Positions 18,901 to 27,229 are shown, numbered from the stretch's first letter. The stretch is DNA of 49,458 bases from Solirubrobacterales bacterium (GCA_033855935.1 JAWVFN010000191.1:1-49458); one strand, 5' to 3'. The notes: generated by a model not told the origin, from the letters alone. Program-made: numbers and translations.

Positions 18901-20851
18901 GGAGGCCGGCTCCACCGTCAAGGTCTACGCGGCGCCGACCACCAGCGACTGCACGGCGGGAAATCTCGCCGCCGCCAACACCGCTGCCGCCTTCGCCTCG
19001 CCCGGACTGACGGTCTCGGCATCCGACAACACCACGACCACCTTCCGCGCGACCGCCACCGACGCGGCCGGCAATACCTCCGGCTGTTCGAGTGCCTCGG
19101 TCAGCTACGTCGAGGACTCGAATCCGCCGGCGCAGCCAAGTTCCCTCGCGGTCTCACCCGCGTCTCCGGCAAACAACAACAGTCCCCAGGTCTCGGGGAG
19201 CGCCGAGGCGGGCTCGACGGTGAAGCTCTACAGGGCGCCGACGAGCTCCGACTGCACCCCCGCGAACCTCGCCGCCACGGGCACCGCTGCCGCCTTCGCC
19301 TCGCCCGGGCTGACCGGGTCGGTGTCCGACAACAGCACGACAACCTTCCGCGCGACCGCCACCGACGCGGCAGGCAATATCTCCGGCTGTTCGAGTGCCT
19401 CCGTCAGCTACGTCGAGGACTCGAATCCGCCGGCGCAGCCAAGCTCGCTCGCGGTTTCACCTGCTTCCCCGGCGAACAACAACAGCCCCGTTGTCTCGGG
19501 GAGCGCCGAGGCGGGCTCGACGGTCAAGCTCTACGCGGCGCCCACGACCTCCGACTGCACCGCCGGCAACCTCCTTGCCACGGGGTCTGCCGCCGCCTTC
19601 GCCTCGCCCGGGCTGACGGCGTCGGTGGCCGACAACACGACCACCACCTTCCGTGCGACCGCGACCGATGCCGTGGGCAACACCTCCACCTGTTCCAGTG
19701 GAGTCGGCTACGTCGAGGACTCGAACCCGCCGGCGGCCCCCACCGGCCTGACCAGCTCGCCGGCCTCACCGGCAAACGACAACAGCCCCGAGATCTCGGG
19801 CAGCGCCGAGGCCGGCTCGACGGTGAACCTCTATGCGACGGCCGGCTGCACCGGGTCGCCGGTGGCGACCGGCTCGGCGGCCGGCTTCAGCTCGCCCGGG
19901 CTGACCGTTGCGGTCTCGGACAACAGCACCAACACCTTCAAGGCGACTGCCACGGATCCGGTGGGGAACGTCTCGCCCTGCTCGAGCTCTTCGGTCACCT
20001 ACCAGGAGGACTCGACCATCCCGGTGGCGCCGACCCTCTCTGGCACAAGCCCCGCCTCGCCGGCCAACAACAACTCGCCCAAGATCCTGGGCAGCGCCGC
20101 GGCGGGCTCGACGGTCAAGCTCTACACCGATGCTGCCTGCACAGGCGGGCTCGCCGGCACCGGGACCGCCGCAGCCTTCGCCGCGCCGGGGATCCCGGTC
20201 GCGGTCGCCGACAACTCGACCACGACGTTCTACGCGACCGCGACCGACGTCAACACCTCGGCGTGCTCCCCGAGCTCGGCCACCTACGTCGAGGACTCGA
20301 ATCCGCCGGTGGCGTCGATCGACACCGGTCCAAGCGGGACGACCAACGACCACGCGCCGACCTTCACCTTCTCGAGCGAGCCGGGGGCGGCCTTCCAATG
20401 CTCGGTCGACACCGGCACGCCCGGTTTCGGCGCCTGCTCCGGCCCTGGCAACAGCTACACACCCTCGCCCGCGCTGCCCGACGGCGCCTACACATTCCGG
20501 GTGCGCGCCACCGACCAGGCGGGCAATACCGGAGCCGCCGCCGTGCGTGCCTTCACGATCGTGACCCCGAATCCGCCCGACCTGAGCCCGCCCGAGACGA
20601 TCATCACCAAGGGGCCGAAGAAGAAGACCCGGAAGCGCAGGCCCAGCTTCGCGTTCGCCGCAAGCGAGCTCGGATCGAGCTTCCAATGCCAGCTGGACAG
20701 CGGACCGTTCCAGCCCTGCACCTCTCCCTTCCGGCCCTCGGCCAAGCTCAAGTTCCGCAAGCACTTCTTCCGGGTGGAGGCGATCGACCCGGCGAACAAC
20801 GTCGACGGCACGCCGGCGGTGGTCAAGTTCAAGGTCTTCGCCAAGCCGTAG
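15962..20851 (+). CDS. giant secreted surface protein: N-terminal propeller-like domain, IPT/TIG-like domain, 8 tandem Ig-like repeats, 2 terminal FxC-type Ig-like domains
   Basis: MKRRLLAAVLPVAVVLIL signal (ATG 15962; the ORF opens at 15929). It is the single long ORF with protein-like composition here. The antisense and alternative-frame ORFs are Arg-rich shadows. Confidence 0.85.
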   Translation: MKRRLLAAVLPVAVVLILTGPGDLISAATGEIGATKGQPWTGSPGVSVGVAKLAARQKEHDRRFGASPKGVREKPVPVKEGAVQPKQPGPAAPQLPQQGTAEAGPNSLLTAGTSFLGAQVSESGFIPPDSMGSVGPTQALVSVNGRIKVFDKQGNLGALDVTDAIFWSSVSNGSDVTDPGVEYDRLSGRWIVSAVNLEATNNRVMIAVSNGPTITDSSSFTFFFFNQNAPSPPGDSGLFADYPQLGVDKNAVYVGVNDFGSSFSNTSAFVIRKSSVTGGGPIVVTAFRGLATGNGPGVFSPQPATDMDPNANEGYIVGSDNQSFSQLDIRRISDPGGTPSISGTLTVPVPSTYSPISVPQGTHGSLDALDDRLFGAMIARDPGGNLSLWTAHNIRVGTTGVGGSGGNRDADRWYQLGNLSATPTLTQSGTLFDSAASNPRSFWIPSIAANGQGHASLNSSTAGSGLFASVASSGHLASDAAGVTDPFDITQTSSSSYQLGSGTPKRWGDYSQTVVDPTDNQTFWTFQEYANAADSWGVRVIKLKAPPPATPTAVSPNPVSNGSSVIVQVTGTSANGSGFFDPGADSGGPGFANHISASVSGGVSVIGTTYIDPTHVTLDLNTNAASNGAKDVTVTNPDGQSSTASNLLSVGGDTTPPVPPTFSATSPASPANNNSPKILGSAEAGSTVKLYTDAACTGGLAGTGTASAFASPGVTTAVADNSNTTFYATATDAANNTSACSPTSITYVEDSTAPSAPASLATSPATASGSPSNDINPEVSGAAEAGSTVKVYKAPTTSDCSAGNLGATGSAAGFAAPGLTVTVPVNATTTLRATATDAAGNTSACSSASVNYFEDSSPPAAPSSLTVSPASPANNNSPAIQGSAEAGSTVNLFTTASCSGPPVATGTAAAFATPGLTASVANDTTTTFRATATDAAGNTSSCSSGVAYVEDSTPPASPSALASSPISPANDNSPEISGTAEAGSTVKVYAAPTTSDCTAGNLAAANTAAAFASPGLTVSASDNTTTTFRATATDAAGNTSGCSSASVSYVEDSNPPAQPSSLAVSPASPANNNSPQVSGSAEAGSTVKLYRAPTSSDCTPANLAATGTAAAFASPGLTGSVSDNSTTTFRATATDAAGNISGCSSASVSYVEDSNPPAQPSSLAVSPASPANNNSPVVSGSAEAGSTVKLYAAPTTSDCTAGNLLATGSAAAFASPGLTASVADNTTTTFRATATDAVGNTSTCSSGVGYVEDSNPPAAPTGLTSSPASPANDNSPEISGSAEAGSTVNLYATAGCTGSPVATGSAAGFSSPGLTVAVSDNSTNTFKATATDPVGNVSPCSSSSVTYQEDSTIPVAPTLSGTSPASPANNNSPKILGSAAAGSTVKLYTDAACTGGLAGTGTAAAFAAPGIPVAVADNSTTTFYATATDVNTSACSPSSATYVEDSNPPVASIDTGPSGTTNDHAPTFTFSSEPGAAFQCSVDTGTPGFGACSGPGNSYTPSPALPDGAYTFRVRATDQAGNTGAAAVRAFTIVTPNPPDLSPPETIITKGPKKKTRKRRPSFAFAASELGSSFQCQLDSGPFQPCTSPFRPSAKLKFRKHFFRVEAIDPANNVDGTPAVVKFKVFAKP
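17914..20298 (+). repeat. in-frame tandem coding repeats (8 units, 285-315 nt period)
   Basis: Each unit has SPASPANNNSP..SG(S/A)AEAGSTVK(L/V)Y...C...FRATATDAAGN.S.CS....Y(V/F/Q)EDS. The GTCGAGGACTC landmark recurs at 18203, 18518 (variant), 18806, 19109, 19412, 19712, 20003 (variant) and 20288. Confidence 0.9.
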
Positions 20852-20936
20852 GGTCGCGTGACGATGTCCTCCATAAGAGGAATCTCATCCGAGGCTGACC
20901 GCGGGGTTATCTACGGCGAGGATCATTTGGGTCGAG

Positions 20937-21515
20937 ATGAGAACACGCCTAGGGGGAATCGAAGGCAACGAGATCCTCACCAGCGCGACCGCGGTGGTGC
21001 TGACCCTTCTTCTGCTGGGCGAGGGGATCACCATCGTCGACATGGGTGGCCTCCGCAGCGCCCACATGTTCATCGGCTTGGTGTTGATCCCGCCATTGCT
21101 GTTGAAGCTCGGCAGCACCGGCTATCGCTTTGCCCGCTACTACGCGGGAGCGCGTACCTATCGCGAGAAGGGCCCACCGGCGCTGCCGTTGCGGCTGATG
21201 GCGCCGGTACTGGTCGCGACTACGATCGGCGTCTTCGTCACCGGCGTGCTTCTGCTTCTCGCGGGGCACAAGTCGAATCAACTGGTCTTCATCCACAAGG
21301 TCTTCTTCTTCGTCTGGGCGGCGGTGTTCGCGGTGCACTTCCTCGCCTACCTGCCTCGAGTCGTGCGCTCGCTGCGCGACGACTGGACGGCTTCGCGGCG
21401 CGAGCAGACACCGGGCTCCGGGCTCAGGGGCACGTTGCTGGCCGCGACAGCCGGGGGCGGCGCCGCGCTGGCGATCGCGCTGCTGCCCACGGTGAACGCC
21501 TGGCACGGCGGCTGA
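20937..21515 (+). CDS. integral membrane protein, unknown function (about 4 TM)
   Basis: Hydrophobic segments AVVLTLLLLGEGITIV, FIGLVLIPPLLL, PVLVATTIGVFVTGVLLLL and VFFFVWAAVFAVHFLAYL. Confidence 0.65.
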   Translation: MRTRLGGIEGNEILTSATAVVLTLLLLGEGITIVDMGGLRSAHMFIGLVLIPPLLLKLGSTGYRFARYYAGARTYREKGPPALPLRLMAPVLVATTIGVFVTGVLLLLAGHKSNQLVFIHKVFFFVWAAVFAVHFLAYLPRVVRSLRDDWTASRREQTPGSGLRGTLLAATAGGGAALAIALLPTVNAWHGG

Positions 21516-21604
21516 TCCGCCTTCGCTCGTCCACCCTCGGTTGAAGCCGCTCGCGTAGCTGACCTGCGCCCGGCGATGCTGGAACCGGGATAATCAGTCC
21601 TCGC

Positions 21605-21991
21605 ATGCCTCGGTCAGCAGATCGGTCCGTGCTGGAACTTCAGCTTCAGCCCGAGCCGGCGAGCGTCGGCATGGCTCGCGAGGCTGTGGCGAGCTACGCA
21701 CGCGAATGCGGCGCCCCCGAGGAGGACGTGAAGCTCGCGGTCAGCGAAGCGGTCTCGAACGCGGTGGTCCACGGCTTCCGCGATCGCAAGGGCGGCGAGA
21801 TCGGCCTCAAGGCGCAAACCCAGCCTGGATGCCTGTTGATCACCGTCGCCGACAACGGCATCGGGATGACGCCGCACCTCAAGAGCCCCGGCCTGGGTCT
21901 CGGGATTGCCCTGATCACCCGGGTCTCGCACGAGGTCCAATTTGAGTCGACGGTCTCGGGCACGACCGTGTCGATGAGGTTTCTGATCTGA
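21605..21991 (+). CDS. anti-sigma factor / serine kinase (RsbW/SpoIIAB-like, HATPase_c)
   Basis: N-box EAVSNAVVHG, G1 VADNGIGM, G2 GLGLGIAL. 128 aa. Confidence 0.8.
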   Translation: MPRSADRSVLELQLQPEPASVGMAREAVASYARECGAPEEDVKLAVSEAVSNAVVHGFRDRKGGEIGLKAQTQPGCLLITVADNGIGMTPHLKSPGLGLGIALITRVSHEVQFESTVSGTTVSMRFLI

Positions 21992-21992
21992 G

Positions 21993-22379
21993 ATGGCAAA
22001 AGCGTTCGAGCTGACAACCGAGATGCGACCCAGCGGTGGCGGCGAGGTCGCCGTGGTCCGCGCCATTGGAGACGTCGATCTGGCGACCTCGGATCGGTTG
22101 GCGGCCGAGCTGGCCTCGGACGCGTGCAGCGCCAGCGCCGGGGTCGTCCTCGACCTGACCGAGGTCCCCTTCATGGACTCGAGCGGGTTGCGGGCGGTGC
22201 TGGTCTCGATCGAGGAGCTCGACTGCCCGCTGGCGGCGATCGTCGCTCCCGGCTCGGCCGTCTCCCGCCTGATCGACGTGACCGAGGTCGGCCCGCTGCT
22301 GGCGAGCTACCCGACCCAGGAAGAAGCGTTGGCCGCGCTGCCGGAGATCGGCAGCCACGGCGAGGAGGGCGGCAAGTGA
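21993..22379 (+). CDS. STAS-domain anti-sigma-factor antagonist (RsbV/SpoIIAA-like)
   Basis: VVRAIGDVDLATSDRL...VLDLTEVPFMDSSGLRAVL, with the phosphorylatable Ser in DSSG. Confidence 0.85.
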   Translation: MAKAFELTTEMRPSGGGEVAVVRAIGDVDLATSDRLAAELASDACSASAGVVLDLTEVPFMDSSGLRAVLVSIEELDCPLAAIVAPGSAVSRLIDVTEVGPLLASYPTQEEALAALPEIGSHGEEGGK

Positions 22380-24520
22380 TCCGGCTGGAGACCCTGGGGC
22401 TGGGCGAGGCGCACTTCGGCGCGATCGTCGAGTCCTCCGACGACGCGATCCTCAGCAAGGACGCCGACGGCATGATCGCGAGCTGGAATCCCGCCGCCGA
22501 GCGGATCTATGGCTACACCGCCGACGAGGCGATCGGGCAGCACATCTCGATCCTCATCCCGCCGCACCGAAAGGGCGAGGAACAGCAGATCCTCGAGCAG
22601 GTCTTCGCCGGCGAGCCCGTTCACCACTACGAAACCGAGCGCCTGGCCAAGGACGGGCGGATCCTCAGCGTCTCGCTGACCGTCTCCCCGGTCCGCGACG
22701 CGCAGGGCCAGATCTTCCTCGCCTCGGTGATCGGCCGCGACATCACCGCGCAGAAGCGCTCGCGCGAGCTGACCTCCCGCCTGTACGAGATCACCACAGC
22801 GCTCTCGCGCGAGATCACCGCCGAGCGCACCTTCGAGGTCCTCCTCGAGCAGGCACTGGCGGCGTTCGGCGCCGACGGCGGCGCGGTCGGGCTCCTCGAC
22901 GAAGCCGGCACCGAGGTCGAGCTGGTCGGGACGACAGGCTTGCGCGAGAACGAGGTGGCGCGCTACGAGCACTTCGAGCTCGCCGCCGACAACCCGATGG
23001 CGGAAGCGATTCGCACCGGGGAAGCGATCTACACCGAAAGCGCCGAGGAGCTTGCCGGGCGCTTCTCGGGCCTGGCTGAGAGCACCCTGACCTTCGCCTC
23101 GCTGGCGATGGTGCCGCTGGTTCTGGCCGACCGACCCTTCGGTGCGCTCTCGCTCAGCTTCCGCCGCCGCCGCCACTTCGATGAGGAGGAGAAGGGTTTT
23201 CTCGCGGCAGCGGCCCAGCACGCCGCCCACGCGCTCGATCGCGCACGGCTCTATGAGTCCCAGCGCTCGCTCAGCAACCGAGTCGCCTTTCTCGCCGAGG
23301 CCAGCGAGCTCCTCGCGGAATCCCTCGACCCCGAGACGACGATGCGCCGCTTCGCCGACCTCGCCGTGCGCGAGATCGCGGATTGGTGCGGCGTGGAGCT
23401 TCTAGACGAGGACGGCGTGCTGCAGAGCGTCGCCGTGGCCCATGTCGATCCCGAGCAGGTCGAGATGGCGCATGAACTTCGCACCCGCTACCCGCCCGAT
23501 CCCCACGCCGAGACCGGCGCGCCGGCGGTCACCCGCACCGGCAAGCCCGAGCTCTATCCCGAGGTCCCGAGCGAGCTGCTCGCCGAGAGCGCCGAAGATG
23601 AGGAGCATCTCGAGCTGATCCACGCCCTCGGCCTCGAGTCGGCGATGGTCGTGCCGTTGATCGCCCGCGGCCGGGCGCTCGGCGCGATCACGTACGTCTC
23701 CTCGGAGCCCGGCCGCCGGTACGGCCAGGAGGACCTCGAGCTGGCCCAGGATCTCGCCCGCCGCGCGGCGCTGGCGATCGACAACTCGATGCTCTTCCAT
23801 CGCGAGCACGAGGCTGCGCTGAGGCTGCAGCGTGCGCTCCTTCCCCAGAGCCTTCCCGAGGTCGAGGGGATCGAGTTCGCCGCCCACTACTCCCCGGCCG
23901 AGGAAGGGCTCGAGGTTGGCGGTGACCTCTACGAGGCGATCGCTCTCGAGGACGGCTCCGTCTCGGTGACGATCGGCGACGTCGCCGGGCGCGGTATCCG
24001 CGCCGCGTCGGTGATGGGGCGCGCCCGCACCGGGCTTCGCGCATACGTTCTCGACGGCCGGCCGCCGGCGGAGGCAATCGAACGGGTCGATCGCCTGCTC
24101 CGCGAGTCCGGCCGCTCCGAGCTGATCACGATGTTCCACCTGCGCCTCGACCTCGCTACAGGGCGTGCCGAGTACGTGCGCGCCGGGCACCTGCCCGGCC
24201 TCCTGCGCTTGCCGGATGGGGAGGTCGAGGAGCTTGCCGGAACCGGGACGCCGCCACTCGGGGTCTTCAAGAGCATCGACTACCGGGCCCACACCGTGGA
24301 GATCCCACAGGGGAGCCTCCTGCTCCTCTACACCGACGGGCTGATCGAACGCCGCGGTGGCGACTTGCACGCGGCGATGGAGCGGCTGAGGAAGGTGTTT
24401 GCGGCGGGGCCCGCCACCGCCGAGGAGTGCCTGGCGAACGTGCTGAGGGAGTTCGCGGCCGACGACGTGCCCGACGACGTCGCGGTCCTGGTGATGGGGT
24501 GGACGCAGCCTGTGGTTTGA
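22376..24520 (+). CDS. PAS-GAF-GAF-PP2C (SpoIIE/RsbU-type) phosphatase
   Basis: GTG 22376 overlaps the STAS stop (GTGA). PAS: IVESSDDAILSKDADGMIASWNPAAERIYGY. Two GAF-like regions. PP2C motifs VGGDLYEA, GDVAGRG, LLLYTDGLIE. The ORF-track start at 22124 lies inside the STAS gene. Confidence 0.88.
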   Translation: MIRLETLGLGEAHFGAIVESSDDAILSKDADGMIASWNPAAERIYGYTADEAIGQHISILIPPHRKGEEQQILEQVFAGEPVHHYETERLAKDGRILSVSLTVSPVRDAQGQIFLASVIGRDITAQKRSRELTSRLYEITTALSREITAERTFEVLLEQALAAFGADGGAVGLLDEAGTEVELVGTTGLRENEVARYEHFELAADNPMAEAIRTGEAIYTESAEELAGRFSGLAESTLTFASLAMVPLVLADRPFGALSLSFRRRRHFDEEEKGFLAAAAQHAAHALDRARLYESQRSLSNRVAFLAEASELLAESLDPETTMRRFADLAVREIADWCGVELLDEDGVLQSVAVAHVDPEQVEMAHELRTRYPPDPHAETGAPAVTRTGKPELYPEVPSELLAESAEDEEHLELIHALGLESAMVVPLIARGRALGAITYVSSEPGRRYGQEDLELAQDLARRAALAIDNSMLFHREHEAALRLQRALLPQSLPEVEGIEFAAHYSPAEEGLEVGGDLYEAIALEDGSVSVTIGDVAGRGIRAASVMGRARTGLRAYVLDGRPPAEAIERVDRLLRESGRSELITMFHLRLDLATGRAEYVRAGHLPGLLRLPDGEVEELAGTGTPPLGVFKSIDYRAHTVEIPQGSLLLLYTDGLIERRGGDLHAAMERLRKVFAAGPATAEECLANVLREFAADDVPDDVAVLVMGWTQPVV

Positions 24521-24526
24521 TGCCGT

Positions 24527-24619
24527 ATGGCGGTGCGGTTCACGAGCCTCCCGGCCGGGACGTCGGTTTCCGACACCACCCCGATCGACCTGACGCTGGG
24601 CAAGAAGCCGAAGAAATAG
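24527..24619 (+). CDS. possible 30-aa small ORF (MAVRFTSLPAGTSVSDTTPIDLTLGKKPKK)
   Basis: ATG lies 7 nt after the phosphatase stop and fills most of the 135-nt gap. No RBS is evident and no homology is known to me. Confidence 0.2.
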   Translation: MAVRFTSLPAGTSVSDTTPIDLTLGKKPKK

Positions 24620-24655
24620 CGTTGCCGGCCATTCGGCCCCTCTAACGTTCATCGC

Positions 24656-25228
24656 ATGAGGGAAGCTCTGGGCCCACCGCTGCGAGCGGCCGCTTTGACC
24701 GCTTTTTTGGGCGGCATGCTGCTCCTCCTGCTCAAGCCCCCGGAGCTCGGCGGGCTCGAGAATCTCCTGCTGATCCTGGTGGGAGCGCTGGGAATCATCT
24801 TCGTCACCGCCTGGGCGACCTCGATGCTGATCGGCCGCGAGATGCCCGAGCCCGAGTTCCGGCGGTTGGTCGACCGCAGCGAGGCCCTGGCCTCGATGCC
24901 GCCGCCCGAATACCCGCCGAGCGAGTTCGACGAGATGGTGATCGCGGCGCTCGACGACCTGCCCGAGCGCTTCCAGGAAGTTCTGCACGAGACGCCGGTG
25001 ATCGTCTCCAACCGTGGTCAGGAGTACGGCGCCTACGGCCACTACATCGGCGGCACGATCGCCCGCGACGGCTTCGCCGACCGGATCGTGATCTACCAGG
25101 ACACCCTCGAGCGTGACTTCGGCCGCGACCCGGTTCTGCTCCGAGCCCAGGTCGAGCGCGTGGTTCGCCATGAGGTCGCCCACCACCTGGGCTGGGACGA
25201 AGAAGGCGTGCGCAGCCTCGGTCTCTAG
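24656..25228 (+). CDS. metallopeptidase-like protein (zincin, DUF1025-type) with N-terminal membrane segments
   Basis: C-terminal VVRHEVAHHLGWDEEGV (HExxH), preceded by the family-typical IVIYQDTLERDF. The N-terminal 60 aa contain two hydrophobic helices. Confidence 0.7.
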   Translation: MREALGPPLRAAALTAFLGGMLLLLLKPPELGGLENLLLILVGALGIIFVTAWATSMLIGREMPEPEFRRLVDRSEALASMPPPEYPPSEFDEMVIAALDDLPERFQEVLHETPVIVSNRGQEYGAYGHYIGGTIARDGFADRIVIYQDTLERDFGRDPVLLRAQVERVVRHEVAHHLGWDEEGVRSLGL

Positions 25229-26274
25229 CCGTGCGTGACGTCGGCGTAGTCGGGGGTGCCGTCGCCGTTTGAATCGAGCGGTGCCGGAGCCGGCCACATT
25301 GGCGCGCCGACGACCGGGAGGACGACAGTGCACGGGACCGGGCGTGGATGATCGGGCGCCAGCGCGTTCTGGATCAGCGTCTCGGCGACCGGGTCGAAGG
25401 CGACGGTCAGGTGCTCGGCGAAGTCGGTCGAGCAGCTGTCCTGGACGACGTGGTTGGTGACGTTGGGCCCGGGATCCATGAGGCCGCTGGTGTAGGGGGA
25501 GACGAGCTCGTCGTATTGGGTGACGATGTTGGTGTAGGTCACGGCCGGGTCGGCGACGCCACCGGCGCGCAGCTTGGTCATGAAATCGGAGCCGTTGAGG
25601 AACTCGTCGCACGATTCGCAGAACTGGTTGACGGTGCCGATCAGGGCCGGAGTGAGCCCGAGCGGCGCGCCGAGCTGAGCGAGCGTAGCCATCCCGCCGA
25701 GATTGGTCCCGTCCCAGAGCGTCGTCAGCCCAACATATTTGTCGACCTTGGCGGCGCCGCCGCCGTACTTGACGTAGTAGTCGGGCATCAGGCTGCCCTC
25801 GGAGTGGCCGACGATGTCGATCTTGCTCGCGCCGGTCGCGACGAGGACACGGTCGACGAAGGCAGAGAGCTGCTGGGAGCTGGCCTCCATCCTCGACACG
25901 CCGCCCGGCTGGTAGAAGGGCGAATTAACGCGGTCGAGAGTGCCGTAGGTCAGCGAGAAGACGCAGTAGCCGTCGTTGGCGAGCAGAGGCGAGATCGTCT
26001 GGAAGTTGACGGTCTGGTTGGCGAGCAACCCGTGGACGAGTACGACCGGCTCGGGGTGCTCGGCGCTCGGCTTGCAGCTGAAATCATTGGCTCCGGGCGG
26101 CGATGAGTCCGGGGCCTGTCCCTGCGCCGTGAGCGCGTTCTGGAACGAGTAGGACACCGGGTAGGGCGGCGCCGCATACGCGGAGGCGGAGAAGACGGCG
26201 AAGGCAGCCGCGACCGCGCAGAGCAAACCAAGGCGCAAGCCGCACCGCCTGGCGACCTTCCCGTCCATACCCAT
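25225..26274 (-). CDS. secreted alpha/beta-hydrolase lipase/esterase
   Basis: Signal peptide ...SASAYAAPP. PVVLVHGL oxyanion region and nucleophile elbow VGHSEGS. Confidence 0.8.
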   Translation of the reverse strand: MGMDGKVARRCGLRLGLLCAVAAAFAVFSASAYAAPPYPVSYSFQNALTAQGQAPDSSPPGANDFSCKPSAEHPEPVVLVHGLLANQTVNFQTISPLLANDGYCVFSLTYGTLDRVNSPFYQPGGVSRMEASSQQLSAFVDRVLVATGASKIDIVGHSEGSLMPDYYVKYGGGAAKVDKYVGLTTLWDGTNLGGMATLAQLGAPLGLTPALIGTVNQFCESCDEFLNGSDFMTKLRAGGVADPAVTYTNIVTQYDELVSPYTSGLMDPGPNVTNHVVQDSCSTDFAEHLTVAFDPVAETLIQNALAPDHPRPVPCTVVLPVVGAPMWPAPAPLDSNGDGTPDYADVTHG

Positions 26275-26344
26275 GCGCGGATCCTAACCACACCGAGGGG
26301 GGGAGCGCGCCGTTTGACCGGCAGCCCTTTGGGATGATCCGCCC

Positions 26345-27184
26345 ATGGCATTGCGCGCCGACGGGCCCAACCCGGCTGAGCCGGCCGACGAACAGAGCGA
26401 GCTCGAATCGCTGCGCGAGCAGGCCGAGGACCTGCAGGAGCGCGGGCTCTGGGGGGAGGAGGCGCTGCGGGTTAACCAGGCGATCGTCGATCTCGATCCC
26501 AACGACTTCACGACCGCGACCCGCCTCGGCCGCTGCGTGCAGACCGCGGGGCGGCCGTGCGAGGCGCTCGAGCTCTTCGACCGCGTCCTCGCCGCTGACC
26601 CGGGGGAGCCCGTCGCGCTCGAGCTGCGGGGCGTCGCCGCCGCCGACTGCCAGCTCGAGCGCGAGGTGCGCCGCCTCGAGCAAGAGGGAGGCCTCGACGC
26701 GGTCCGCAAGGCCGCCTCCTCGGCCGGGCAGAGCTACCGCGACCTGCGGTTTGCCGTGATCGCGCGGCAGGCTGTCGTCGAGCGCGACCCTTCGGCGGTG
26801 TCGCTCGGCGCCCTCGCCGCGGCGCTCGCCGCCAAGGGCGAGCTGCATACCGCCGAGCCGCTGTTTCGCCGCTCGCTCGAGCTCGACCCCGATCCGCACA
26901 GCAACGCCGATTCGATGCTCGCTTTCGGCGCGCTGCTGCGAGAGCAGACCCGCCACGAGGAGGCGGTCGCCGCCTGCGAGCAGGTGCTGGCCGGGCTGCC
27001 GGAAGACGTCCGCGCGCTGACGCTGGCCACCGAGCTGCTCAGCGATCTGGCCGAGACCGAGCGCTCGCACGAGCGCCTGGTCGAGGCGAACGGCTACGCC
27101 GACCGGATCTGGGCGCAGGGAATCCGGGACGACACCGTGGACGCGCTCTATGACCGGATGAAACGGATCTACGCCCGGATCTAA
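26345..27184 (+). CDS. tetratricopeptide-repeat protein
   Basis: 279 aa, helical, with Ala/Leu/Glu-rich TPR-like repeats (EALELFDRVLAADPGEP, AEPLFRRSLELDPDP, EEAVAACEQVLAGLPED). Confidence 0.6.
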   Translation: MALRADGPNPAEPADEQSELESLREQAEDLQERGLWGEEALRVNQAIVDLDPNDFTTATRLGRCVQTAGRPCEALELFDRVLAADPGEPVALELRGVAAADCQLEREVRRLEQEGGLDAVRKAASSAGQSYRDLRFAVIARQAVVERDPSAVSLGALAAALAAKGELHTAEPLFRRSLELDPDPHSNADSMLAFGALLREQTRHEEAVAACEQVLAGLPEDVRALTLATELLSDLAETERSHERLVEANGYADRIWAQGIRDDTVDALYDRMKRIYARI

Positions 27185-27229
27185 GGCCCGGCGCGGGGCC
27201 GGCCCGCACATGGTTAGATCTGCGGCGAC

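Noticed and set aside
17914-20298. Regular repeats that might suggest a CRISPR array or satellite
   Set aside because: The period is about 300 nt and in frame. Units are 70-97% similar with no spacer/repeat alternation, and they encode Ig-like domains.
17566-20898. 1110-aa alternative-frame ORF, and the 332-aa antisense ORF at 19766-20764, inside the giant surface protein gene
   Set aside because: The translations are Arg/Gly/His-rich low-complexity sequence that merely mirrors the repeat periodicity. Only the 15929/15962 frame gives a signal peptide and domain-like repeats.
21516-21604. Promoter upstream of the kinase gene (GATAAT at about 21585; GGAAC nearby)
   Set aside because: The spacing to any -35 element and to the ATG is ambiguous, so this cannot be supported without TSS data.
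22124-22375. ORF-track N-terminal extension of the PP2C phosphatase. Similar extensions occur at 27808-28647 (S8), 38934-39062 (hydrolase), 44834-45130 (membrane protein), 3582-3830 (dodecin) and 1456-1671 (L,D-transpeptidase).
   Set aside because: The extensions overlap upstream genes or intergenic DNA and have shadow composition. Internal starts with an RBS, a signal peptide or coupling overlaps are preferred.
23402-25612. 736-aa antisense ORF spanning the phosphatase, zincin and lipase genes
   Set aside because: It crosses three independently supported genes on both strands and has a shadow-frame composition (R, P, G, A).
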